The notes under the pieces were generated by a model. That model did not search any database. It had not been told where the DNA came from and saw nothing but the letters and a program-made list of their open reading frames with translations. From the NCBI GenBank assembly GCA_934747805.1, contig CAKVHC010000002.1:80694-144693 (forward strand): a stretch of DNA of 64,000 nt. The letters are read 5' to 3'. The DNA is from an uncultured Clostridia bacterium. Its GTDB lineage: Bacteria; Bacillota; Clostridia; Christensenellales; UBA1242. The first letter of the stretch is position 1. Every line of letters begins with the position of its first letter. A program made the position numbers and the translations under genes. Below, in pieces: positions 55,083-63,525 of this stretch.

Positions 55083-56947
55083 AAAATGTGACAATAATAG
55101 GCAATCCAAACACGGGCAAGAGTACGCTCTTTAACGCCATAACCAAAAGCGACTTGCACACTGGCAACTGGCACGGCGTAACCGTTGATGCCAGCAATAA
55201 GGTGGTTGAACTCGGTGGCGAGAAATATACATTCACCGACCTGCCGGGCTTTTATAGTATGACGGCATACTCGTTTGAAGAGCAGGTGAGCATTGATTAC
55301 GTCCACAGCCACAAAGACGACCATTACATATACGTTCTTGACGCCAACAGCTTAAGGCGTAATTTATATTTAGCCGTTCAACTGCTCGCCACAGGCATAA
55401 ATATGGTTATATATATTAATAACTATGATATGTTTACTAAACACGGCGGTCAGATAGACATCAAAACTCTGTCCGCACTTCTCGGCACACGTGTTGTGAT
55501 AGGCAACGCTCTAAAACAGCGTTTTGACCCAAAACTCATTGCCGAAACGAACGACTCCAAAGTTCCACTGCTTGCTACGAGCGAACAAATATACAAATTT
55601 ATATCCAATATTTACGACAAATGCGTGAAAATAGACAAAAGTTACACCTATGGAGTTAGTCGTTGGGACAAAATTTTACTCAATAAATGGCTGTTTTTGC
55701 CCTTATTTTTACTATCTAGTTTTGCAATTATGTATCTCACATTTTTCAGTTTTGGTGGCTTTTTGTCGGACAAATTCGTCGCACTGTTTGAACTCATAGT
55801 CGAAAAGCCGATTTCATATCTGCTTTCACTCATAACACGTTCGCAGTGGCTGCTTGACCTATTCAATGACGGCATATTTGATGCTTTCAATTCGGTATTG
55901 TCTTTTATTGTGCCGGTGTGCTTGTTGTACATTTTCATAGGGTTGATTGAAGACAGCGGAATAATGGCTCGCATGGCGTTTATGTTGGATGACAGCCTGT
56001 CCAAGATTGGACTTAACGGCAAGTCTGCCTATACACTGTTGCTCGGATTTGGATGTAATACGACGGCGGTCGTCACGGCGCAGGGAATGGCAAACAAGAA
56101 TGCGAAGATAAAGACGGCGCTAATGACCCCATATATGACTTGCACGGCGAAACTCCCGATTTATAGCGTAATTGCTGGTGCATTGTTTGGCGCAAAATCT
56201 ATTTTCGTCATTTTTGGACTGTATTTGCTGGGCATTCTGGTGTCAATCACCGTGGCTGGCGTGCTGGAAAAGACAATTCTGCCTACGCACGACGATAGTT
56301 TTCTGCTTGAATTTCCAGCAATTCGACGCCCAAGCATCAAAAAAGTGACCAAAAATGCCCTGAAATCCGCCAAAACCTTTTTGTCCAAAGTGGTGACTAT
56401 TGTCGTTGGCGTGTCGGTTATCGTTTGGGTGCTAAACAACTTTAATTTTAGATTCAGTTATCTGCCGAATAATGACACCAATATTTTGCCAACCATAGCC
56501 AAGTTTATTGCGCCTGTGTTCAGTCCACTAGGGTTTGCCAGTGTGGGTGCGGTCACGGCGTTAATAGTCGGCATTTTGGCGAAAGAACTCGTGCTTTCCA
56601 GCCTAGTTTTGACTGGTGCACTCGCCACGCTCACAGGGGCAAGTGGGGTGGCATTCTTGGTGTTTGTCGCACTTTATGCGCCTTGCATTTCAACTATCGC
56701 TGTGCTTAAAGATTTCGTCGGCAAAAAATGGACGGCATTTTCCGTCATATCTCAGATTGCCATTGCATACGCCATGTCACGATTAATTTTCGTGTTGCTA
56801 ACTGGCGAATTGGCGATAGTTGACCTAATTTTATCACTCATTGTAGCAACGGTGGTCATAATAACGCTGGTGCGAGCCAAAAGAAACAAATTTTGTGCTT
56901 GTTCGTCAAGTTGCACTAATCGAATTTGTAAAAAATGTCAAAAATGA
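55079..56947 (+). CDS. feoB: Ferrous iron transport protein B
   Basis: N-terminal G domain IIGNPNTGKSTLFNAIT, DLPGFYS, then a polytopic membrane domain. C-terminus is Cys-rich (CACSSSCTNRICKKC). Confidence 0.95.
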   Translation: MKNVTIIGNPNTGKSTLFNAITKSDLHTGNWHGVTVDASNKVVELGGEKYTFTDLPGFYSMTAYSFEEQVSIDYVHSHKDDHYIYVLDANSLRRNLYLAVQLLATGINMVIYINNYDMFTKHGGQIDIKTLSALLGTRVVIGNALKQRFDPKLIAETNDSKVPLLATSEQIYKFISNIYDKCVKIDKSYTYGVSRWDKILLNKWLFLPLFLLSSFAIMYLTFFSFGGFLSDKFVALFELIVEKPISYLLSLITRSQWLLDLFNDGIFDAFNSVLSFIVPVCLLYIFIGLIEDSGIMARMAFMLDDSLSKIGLNGKSAYTLLLGFGCNTTAVVTAQGMANKNAKIKTALMTPYMTCTAKLPIYSVIAGALFGAKSIFVIFGLYLLGILVSITVAGVLEKTILPTHDDSFLLEFPAIRRPSIKKVTKNALKSAKTFLSKVVTIVVGVSVIVWVLNNFNFRFSYLPNNDTNILPTIAKFIAPVFSPLGFASVGAVTALIVGILAKELVLSSLVLTGALATLTGASGVAFLVFVALYAPCISTIAVLKDFVGKKWTAFSVISQIAIAYAMSRLIFVLLTGELAIVDLILSLIVATVVIITLVRAKRNKFCACSSSCTNRICKKCQK

Positions 56948-56976
56948 TTGCCGAGAACAAATCTTTGTGATATATT
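56948..56976 (+). promoter_or_regulatory. der promoter placed for a leaderless transcript
   Basis: TTGCCG (56948-56953), 17 nt, TGaTATATT (-10 at 56971-56976), 6 nt, ATG at 56983. No SD. Confidence 0.5.
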
Positions 56977-56982
56977 TAAGCT

Positions 56983-58302
56983 ATGAGAAAACCTGTTGTA
57001 GCCATAGTAGGCACTCCAAATGTGGGCAAGAGCACATTTTTCAATAAAATTGCTGGCAGACGAATCAGCATTGTAGACGACCAACCAGGCGTGACACGTG
57101 ACCGTATTTACGCAGATGCTGACTGGAACGGCTACGCTTTTTCCATTGTCGATACAGGCGGTTTGGATTTTAGCAAAGACGACGAAATGTATCACAATAT
57201 TTTGAATCAAGCACAGATTGCCATTGATTTGGCGGACGTGATTGTGTTTTTTGTGGACGGCAAAAAGGGCTTGACCCACGCAGATATGGAAGTGGCGAAT
57301 ATGCTCCGCAAGTGCAAAGCGCCAAAGATTGTGGCTGTTAACAAACTGGATAACAACGAGATTGAAAAGACGTACGAGTTTTATGAACTCCAACTCGGCG
57401 ATCCAATGCCATTGTCGGCTTCGCATGGCAAGGGAATAGGTGACTTGCTCGACGCTATTACACGCCATTTGGAGCAGATTTCACCTGAGGAATTCGCTGA
57501 CACGCTCAAGATTGCCATTGTGGGCAAGCCAAACGCTGGCAAGAGTAGTTTGACGAATAGGCTCATAGGCGAAGACCGAATGGTTGTCAGCAATGTGGCA
57601 GGCACAACACGTGATGCCATCGACATTCCTTTCAAATATAACGGCAAAAACTATACACTTATTGACACCGCCGGCTTGCGTAAAAAGGGTAAAATCGCTC
57701 CAGATAGCATAGAGCGATATAGTGCATTAAGGTCTATTGATGCAGTAGAACGCTGTGACATTGCACTTATGGTAATTGATGCCACCGAAGGCATCACTGA
57801 GCAAGATTCCAAAGTGGCTGGACTTATTCACGACGAAGGCAAACCTAGTGTTATTGTGGTGAACAAGTGGGATAAGGTCGACAAGACCAAAATGTCTACT
57901 GAGAAATTTAAAAAACTGATTGAGACCGAACTGCCATTTATGAAATATTACGTGCCTGTTTTCATCTCTTGCGAGAGCGGACAACGCATAGGAAAGGTGA
58001 TGGAAATGGCAGAAATGGTCTATGCTAACGCCAGTCGTGAGATTACTATGGGCGTTTTCAACTCCATTTTGCAGAATGCGACGGCGGTCAATGAACCACC
58101 TATTCACAATGGCCGTAAACTCAAAGTGCTTTATGGCAGACAGTCAGGCAAGAATCCTCCGACCTTTACAATCTTCTGCAATCGTGCGGAGCTTATGGAT
58201 TTTGCTTATTCAAGATATTTGGAAAACAGCATTAGAAACGCTTTTGATTTCAAAGGCACTCCTATCAAACTGATATTCAAGAACAAAGGAGAAAAAGAAT
58301 AA
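56983..58302 (+). CDS. der: Ribosome-associated GTPase Der (EngA)
   Basis: Two G domains (IVGTPNVGKST; IVGKPNAGKSS) plus a KH-like C-terminus; 439 aa. Confidence 0.95.
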   Translation: MRKPVVAIVGTPNVGKSTFFNKIAGRRISIVDDQPGVTRDRIYADADWNGYAFSIVDTGGLDFSKDDEMYHNILNQAQIAIDLADVIVFFVDGKKGLTHADMEVANMLRKCKAPKIVAVNKLDNNEIEKTYEFYELQLGDPMPLSASHGKGIGDLLDAITRHLEQISPEEFADTLKIAIVGKPNAGKSSLTNRLIGEDRMVVSNVAGTTRDAIDIPFKYNGKNYTLIDTAGLRKKGKIAPDSIERYSALRSIDAVERCDIALMVIDATEGITEQDSKVAGLIHDEGKPSVIVVNKWDKVDKTKMSTEKFKKLIETELPFMKYYVPVFISCESGQRIGKVMEMAEMVYANASREITMGVFNSILQNATAVNEPPIHNGRKLKVLYGRQSGKNPPTFTIFCNRAELMDFAYSRYLENSIRNAFDFKGTPIKLIFKNKGEKE

Positions 58303-59099
58303 TGGTCGCTATCATATTAGAAATGACGGCACTCGTGATTTGTGGCTATTTATTAGGCAACGTATTCGGTGCAAAAATTTTATGCAAAATCACGGGCGAT
58401 GACCTAAGCAAAAAGGGTAGTGGTAACTACGGCACAATGAACACCCTACGATCAATAGGTGCGTTTCAAGGTTTGGCTGTACTATTGTTTGACGCATTGA
58501 AAGGCAGTTTGATCGCTTTTCTCGGCTATCTAGTGTGCGGACAACTTGGGCTTTATATTGGCGGACTCTCAGTGGTCATTGGACACATTTATCCCGTGTT
58601 CTATCACTTTAAGGGTGGCAAGGGATTTGCCACATTTATCGGCGTAGTGTGTGTGGCAAACTGGATTGTGGGCGTTCCACTTTTCATATTGCTGGTGGTA
58701 ATGATTTGCATAACCAAGCAAGGCGCAATCTGCGACCTGTCTTATGCACTCATAATGGCAATCGTCAACAGCATCATGAGCGGCAGCAAAAACGCTTTTG
58801 TCTACATTTTGCTATGGGGTATGACAGCACTTGTTTTCTGGGCACATAGAACCAATATTGTTCGCATAATACAGCACAAAGAAAACAAGACGGAGCTGGC
58901 TAGCCAGATCAAGAAAGCCTTTACACACAAGCACACGGACAAACAAGCCACAGAAAAAACTGCGACCGAGCCTAATGCGAATATTTCACAACAACAAACA
59001 GAAAACATCAACGACACAACTGCTGGCGTTGAAGAAATGGCCGGCGTGTCAGAACAAAACAATGAACAAACAGATGTTGAAAATAATGGAGAGAAATAA
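58302..59099 (+). CDS. plsY: Acyl-phosphate:glycerol-3-phosphate acyltransferase PlsY with a polar C-terminal tail of about 65 aa
   Basis: KKGSGNYGTMNTLR, GHIYPVFYHFKGGKGFAT. The tail KHTDKQATEKTATEPNANISQQQTENINDTT... is not part of canonical PlsY. Confidence 0.9.
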   Translation: MVAIILEMTALVICGYLLGNVFGAKILCKITGDDLSKKGSGNYGTMNTLRSIGAFQGLAVLLFDALKGSLIAFLGYLVCGQLGLYIGGLSVVIGHIYPVFYHFKGGKGFATFIGVVCVANWIVGVPLFILLVVMICITKQGAICDLSYALIMAIVNSIMSGSKNAFVYILLWGMTALVFWAHRTNIVRIIQHKENKTELASQIKKAFTHKHTDKQATEKTATEPNANISQQQTENINDTTAGVEEMAGVSEQNNEQTDVENNGEK

Positions 59100-59938
59100 T
59101 GGATAAGAAAGAATATATAATTTCAGCAGATAGTGCATGCGACTTGCCAGAAGGTTATGCCAAGTCACACGGCATAGAAATTGTCACTCTCGCCACCATA
59201 CTTAATGGTGTAGAGTATGAAACCTTAGACAATCACAAGGTTTTGCAATATGTCAAAGAAACTGGCGAAATTCCAAAGACAGCTGCTCCAAGCATTGAAA
59301 TTATGGAAGAATTTTTTGCCAGACTCTCCAGTCGTGCTGAACACGTAATTCATTTTTCAATGAGTAGTGGCATTTCTTCCACATACAACAGTGCTGTCAA
59401 GGCGGCGGAAAAGTTTGAGAACGTGACCGTTATTGACTCACTAAGTTTGTCAAGCGGCATTGCATTGCAAGTTATGAATGCAGAAAGACTTATTAATGAA
59501 GGCAAGACTTTTGAACAGGTCATTGAAGGCGTTCGCAATGCGGTTGAGAAGACACGTGCTAGTTTCGTGATTGACAGCCTCAAACTTTTGTATAAGGGTG
59601 GCAGATGCTCGAAGTTGGCTTTGTTCGGTGCCAATCTTATGATGATTAAGCCGTCAATCGTGGTTAAAAATGGCACAATGGGTGTGGGCAAGAAATATCG
59701 TAAAAATATTAAGCTAGTAGCACAAAATTATGTCGCCGACCAACTTAATAATGGTGAAGAAAAGGATATGACAAACTGCTTTATCACTTACACCACTTTC
59801 GACCAGCCAACAGTTGATATATTGGTGCAAATGGCAAAAGATGCAGGCTTTAAAAATGTGTACACATCTGTTGCAAGTGCGACAATCACTTGTCACTGCG
59901 GTGCTAATACTATTGGTATTCTCTATATTGCGAAATAA
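59099..59938 (+). CDS. DegV-family fatty-acid-binding protein
   Basis: IISADSACDLPEGYAKSHGIEIV..., SMSSGISSTYNSA; 279 aa. Confidence 0.88.
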   Translation: MDKKEYIISADSACDLPEGYAKSHGIEIVTLATILNGVEYETLDNHKVLQYVKETGEIPKTAAPSIEIMEEFFARLSSRAEHVIHFSMSSGISSTYNSAVKAAEKFENVTVIDSLSLSSGIALQVMNAERLINEGKTFEQVIEGVRNAVEKTRASFVIDSLKLLYKGGRCSKLALFGANLMMIKPSIVVKNGTMGVGKKYRKNIKLVAQNYVADQLNNGEEKDMTNCFITYTTFDQPTVDILVQMAKDAGFKNVYTSVASATITCHCGANTIGILYIAK

Positions 59939-59939
59939 A

Positions 59940-59967
59940 ATATGCGATCAAAGCATATTTTTTTTTG
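59940..59967 (+). terminator. Intrinsic terminator after degV
   Basis: atatgc-gatcaaa-gcatat followed by T9. Confidence 0.85.
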
Positions 59968-60009
59968 TTCGCTCATAAGTTATAGCAAAGTAAACTTGTT
60001 GGAGGACTT

Positions 60010-61488
60010 ATGGATAGAACTTTTGATATTTATAATGATATCGAAACTCGTACAAATGGTGACATTTACATAGGCGTTGTTGGGCCAGTGAGAGTGGGTA
60101 AATCTACTTTTATTTCCAAATTTATGGATAATTTTGTTTTGCCAAATATCGCCAATGCTAGTGAAAGAAAGCGTGCGGAAGACGAAATGCCACAATCATC
60201 GGACGGCAAAACAGTGATGACCACTCAGCCAAAATTTGTGCCTAGTGAAGCAGTGAATGTGAGCGTTAAAAACATTTCAATGCGTGCTAGACTCATTGAT
60301 TGTGTCGGCTTTATGGCGGACGGCGCTCTTGGTGGTGCTGAAGACAAAAAACCTCGTATGGTGAAAACTCCATGGTCGGACGAAAAAATGCCGTTTGACC
60401 AGGCTGCCAGAATAGGTACTGAAAAGGTGATAAAAGACCACAGTACTCTCGGCATTGTTGTGACAACTGACGGCAGTTTTGGTGATCTGCCACGTGAGAA
60501 TTTTGTGTCTGCTGAAGCGGAGAGCGTGCAGACTATGAAGTCGTCAGGCAAACCTTTTGTTGTGGTACTTAACACTAGCAAACCTGACGCAGAAGAAACA
60601 GCTACGCTTGCCAATAAAATAAAGGCAGACTATGACGTTCCAGTGCTTGCTTTGGATGTGTCGAAACTTAGTTCAAACGACGTTGAAAACATTTTCTCTA
60701 CACTTACTACACAATTCCCACTCAACTCAATTGACATCATTGCACCAAATTGGCTCAAGGCGTTGCCAATGGACAGCGACCTAATCCAAAACTTGCTCGG
60801 TGAAGTGGTTGATAAAACGCAAAGTGTGGCAAAGATTGGCGACTATAAAAACGACCAAATTTTGTTTGAAAACAGCGATGATTTCGAATCTATAATTTCT
60901 AGCAATGTTGACATAGGCAAGGGCAGCATAACTTTTGAAATTGTGCCTAAAGACAACTTATTCTACAAAGTGCTGTCAATTCAAAGTGGCACTCAAATTA
61001 GTAACGACTTGGAACTCGTTGAATTTATCAAAGATTTGAATGTGGCAAAACATAAATATGACCAGCTCAAATCAGCGCTTGACTCGGTGGACGAAACCGG
61101 TTATGGCATAGTTGTTCCAAGCGTGAATGACATGGAATTGAAAGCCCCTGAAATTGTGAAACAAGGCAATCGTTGTGGCATTAAACTACGTGCCAGTGCT
61201 CCAAGTTTGCACATTATAAAAGTGGACGTAGAAGCCGAAGTAAATCCAATTATGGCGGAAGAACAACAGAGTGCAGATATGGTTGAATATTTGCAAAATG
61301 AGTTTGAAGAAAACCCACAAAAACTTTGGTCAACTAACATGTTTGGCAAAAGTCTGGAAGAAATGGTTGGCGATAGTTTGAAGAATAAAATCACGGCCGT
61401 TCCACAGGGCGTTCAGAACAAAATGCGTCGCACAATGTCACGCATTGTAAACGAAGGAAAAGGCGGAGTTATATGCATTTTGTTGTAA
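60010..61488 (+). CDS. spoIVA: Stage IV sporulation protein A (spore coat morphogenetic ATPase)
   Basis: DIYNDIETRTNGDIYIGVVGPVRVGKSTFISKFM...LPNI...ERKRAEDEMPQSSDGKTVMTTQPKFVP is colinear with B. subtilis SpoIVA as I recall it; 492 aa, same length class. Confidence 0.93.
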   Translation: MDRTFDIYNDIETRTNGDIYIGVVGPVRVGKSTFISKFMDNFVLPNIANASERKRAEDEMPQSSDGKTVMTTQPKFVPSEAVNVSVKNISMRARLIDCVGFMADGALGGAEDKKPRMVKTPWSDEKMPFDQAARIGTEKVIKDHSTLGIVVTTDGSFGDLPRENFVSAEAESVQTMKSSGKPFVVVLNTSKPDAEETATLANKIKADYDVPVLALDVSKLSSNDVENIFSTLTTQFPLNSIDIIAPNWLKALPMDSDLIQNLLGEVVDKTQSVAKIGDYKNDQILFENSDDFESIISSNVDIGKGSITFEIVPKDNLFYKVLSIQSGTQISNDLELVEFIKDLNVAKHKYDQLKSALDSVDETGYGIVVPSVNDMELKAPEIVKQGNRCGIKLRASAPSLHIIKVDVEAEVNPIMAEEQQSADMVEYLQNEFEENPQKLWSTNMFGKSLEEMVGDSLKNKITAVPQGVQNKMRRTMSRIVNEGKGGVICILL

Positions 61489-61583
61489 TCAAAATTTTTG
61501 AAAAAAAACTAAAAATGTATAAAAATTAGTTGCTATAAAAAATTTTGTATTATATAATCAAGGCATAAAACGAAGGAGAGATT

Positions 61584-62390
61584 ATGTCAAGTTTATTAAA
61601 TTTTTTCGAAAATAACTGGTACTGGATTGTTGGCGCAGTAGTATTGATGATAATTGTTTTGCTCATTATGCTTGTTGTGCTTGACAAGAAAGACATTAGA
61701 TTGCAAGATGCAATCGAAGAGAAGCGTGTTCAAAAGGAAGCAGATAAGAACGCCGCTAAAGCAGAAGTAATCGAGAACGAAACAGTCGCTGCAACTGAAG
61801 AAACAGTTGAAGAGAAACCTGTTGAAAAGAAAGCCCCTGCTAAAAAATCTGCAAAAAAGCCTGCAGCTAAAAAGCCAGCAGCAAAGAAAACAACAGCTAA
61901 GAAAGCAGAACCAGCAGTAGTAGCACCTGTTGCCACTGTTGAAACCGCTCCAAAAGCAGAGCCAAAGAAAGCTCCTGCTAAGAAATCTGCTGCTAAAAAA
62001 TCTGCTAAGAAACCTGCAGCAAAAAAGGCAGCTCCAAAGGCAGAAGTTAAAGACGAACCTGTACTCGCAGAAGACGTTGTAAAGGCAATTGCTGAACCAG
62101 AAGTTAAGAAGGTTGAAGCAAAGAAACCTGCAACTAAGAAAACACCTGCTAAGAAATCTGCAAAAAAGACTACAGCCAAAAAGCCAGCCGCTAAAAAAGC
62201 AGAACCTAAAACTGCACCAAAAGCAGAAGTGAAGACTCCAGTTGTAAAGGCTGCTCCTAAGGCAGAAGCTAAGAAACCTGCAGCTAAGAAGCCAGCTACT
62301 AAACCTGCAGCTAAAAAGCCAGCAGCAAAGAAAACAACTGCTAAAAAACCTGCAACTAAGAAAACACCTGCTAAAAAATCTGCAAAATAA
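61584..62390 (+). CDS. Single-pass membrane protein with a long AKKP/AKKPAAKK-repeat polycationic (histone-H1-like) tail
   Basis: N-terminal TM WYWIVGAVVLMIIVLLIMLVVL followed by KKD (positive-inside rule suggests a cytoplasmic tail). About 200 aa of (P/A)AKK repeats. SD AAGGAG. Confidence 0.75.
   Translation: MSSLLNFFENNWYWIVGAVVLMIIVLLIMLVVLDKKDIRLQDAIEEKRVQKEADKNAAKAEVIENETVAATEETVEEKPVEKKAPAKKSAKKPAAKKPAAKKTTAKKAEPAVVAPVATVETAPKAEPKKAPAKKSAAKKSAKKPAAKKAAPKAEVKDEPVLAEDVVKAIAEPEVKKVEAKKPATKKTPAKKSAKKTTAKKPAAKKAEPKTAPKAEVKTPVVKAAPKAEAKKPAAKKPATKPAAKKPAAKKTTAKKPATKKTPAKKSAK
61860..61900 (+). repeat. 41-nt intragenic direct repeat (second copy at 62304-62344, 1 mismatch)
   Basis: cctgcagctaaaaagccagcagcaaagaaaacaac[a/t]gctaa, read directly in both places. 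Confidence 0.9.
62125..62166 (+). repeat. 42-nt intragenic direct repeat (second copy at 62346-62387, 1 mismatch)
   Basis: aaacctgcaactaagaaaacacctgctaa[g/a]aaatctgcaaaa, read directly in both places. Confidence 0.9.
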
Positions 62391-62416
62391 TTAGCAAAAA
62401 ATTTATTTTAGAATAT

Positions 62417-62441
62417 AAAAACACCGAAAGGTGTTTTTTTT
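62417..62441 (+). terminator. Intrinsic terminator whose T-run ends at the alr ATG
   Basis: aaaacacc-gaaa-ggtgtttt followed by Ts up to 62441. ATG at 62442. Confidence 0.8.
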
Positions 62442-63401
62442 ATGTTTAATAAACTTGTAATCCATTTATCCAAAATAAGAAAAAATGTATTGGCAGTGAA
62501 ATCCGTTACGAACAAAAAAATCATATCAGTTGTCAAAGCAAACGCCTATGGACACAATGCAATAAGAGTTGCCAACTCATTGCTAGACATAGTAGATATG
62601 TTTGCTGTGGCAAATATGCGTGAAGCAAAATTGCTCGCAACTAACGGCATAAAAAAAGATATTTTAGTGCTATCTAAAACCACCGAATATGATACTAGTT
62701 TTTCAAACATTATCTACATGGTTGATGACAAAAATTACATTCCCAATCATGCTCGTGTGCATATTGCAGTCAACAGCGGTATGAACCGATATGGTGTTGA
62801 CTCACGCAAAGAATTTTTAACTCTTTGCAAAAAATTAAAACGCAACAAAAACTCTATTGAAGGGGTGTTTAGTCATTTCTATTCGGTGAACAAAGAAAAC
62901 TGCAATCGTCAGATTAATCGATTCAAAAATATCGTTGGCGACATAGACTTGCCAGTTCACTTTTCCAGCAGTCATTCGCTCGACATAGATTTGCCACAAA
63001 CATATGTGCGGCTTGGCATTTGTCAGTATTATGCTAGCAAAGAGATACATACTCAAGTGGTTGACTTGCACAGTGTGAAAAAGGGTGAACACATTGGTTA
63101 TGGGCAAATGCGTGCAAAAGATGATTGCGTGGTTGCTGTGTTACCAATAGGTTATGCTGACGGACTTGATTTGCGTCTGGGCAACAATTGGCAGGTGACG
63201 ATTAACGGCAGAGATTATCAGATTGTAGGCAAAATATGTATGGATTGTTGTTTTGCTGTTGTTGACAGAAAAGTCAAATTAGGAGACAAGGTCATATTTT
63301 TCGATGGTGACATAACGAAAATTGCGAGAGCAGTTGGCTCAACCGAGTACGAACAAATGTGTAGACTTTATGGCGATAGATATGACATAGTTTTTGATTA
63401 A
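62442..63401 (+). CDS. alr: Alanine racemase (short form, 319 aa)
   Basis: PLP-Lys motif VVKANAYGHNA; HIAVNSGMNRYG; LPIGYADGL; GKICMDCC. Confidence 0.88.
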   Translation: MFNKLVIHLSKIRKNVLAVKSVTNKKIISVVKANAYGHNAIRVANSLLDIVDMFAVANMREAKLLATNGIKKDILVLSKTTEYDTSFSNIIYMVDDKNYIPNHARVHIAVNSGMNRYGVDSRKEFLTLCKKLKRNKNSIEGVFSHFYSVNKENCNRQINRFKNIVGDIDLPVHFSSSHSLDIDLPQTYVRLGICQYYASKEIHTQVVDLHSVKKGEHIGYGQMRAKDDCVVAVLPIGYADGLDLRLGNNWQVTINGRDYQIVGKICMDCCFAVVDRKVKLGDKVIFFDGDITKIARAVGSTEYEQMCRLYGDRYDIVFD

Positions 63402-63490
63402 GATTTGATTTTGAATAAATGAGCACTTGTTATAGAGCTCCGGATGATAGGTTTATGGTTTGTCGAACATATATTCGTCACACATTCTGC

Positions 63491-63519
63491 TTGATTTACA
63501 ACGAATATTTTGATATAAT
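63491..63519 (+). promoter_or_regulatory. rsmD promoter placed for a leaderless transcript
   Basis: TTGATT (63491-63496), 17 nt, TGaTATAAT (-10 at 63514-63519), 6 nt, ATG at 63526. No SD. Confidence 0.6.
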
Positions 63520-63525
63520 GCAATC

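Noticed and set aside
54752-55324. 190-aa minus-strand ORF whose stop overlaps the ThyX-like ATG. It could look like an upstream operon partner.
   Set aside because: It is antisense to feoA and the G-domain of feoB, both clearly real. The ThyX-like gene has its own TTGACA-17-TATATT promoter inside this ORF, and the product has no recognisable features.
59968-60009. Sigma-E-type sporulation promoter upstream of spoIVA (gctCATAAGttatagcaaag...).
   Set aside because: Only a partial -35-like TCATAAG is present. I could not find a convincing CATACA-T -10 at the right spacing, so this is too weak to annotate.
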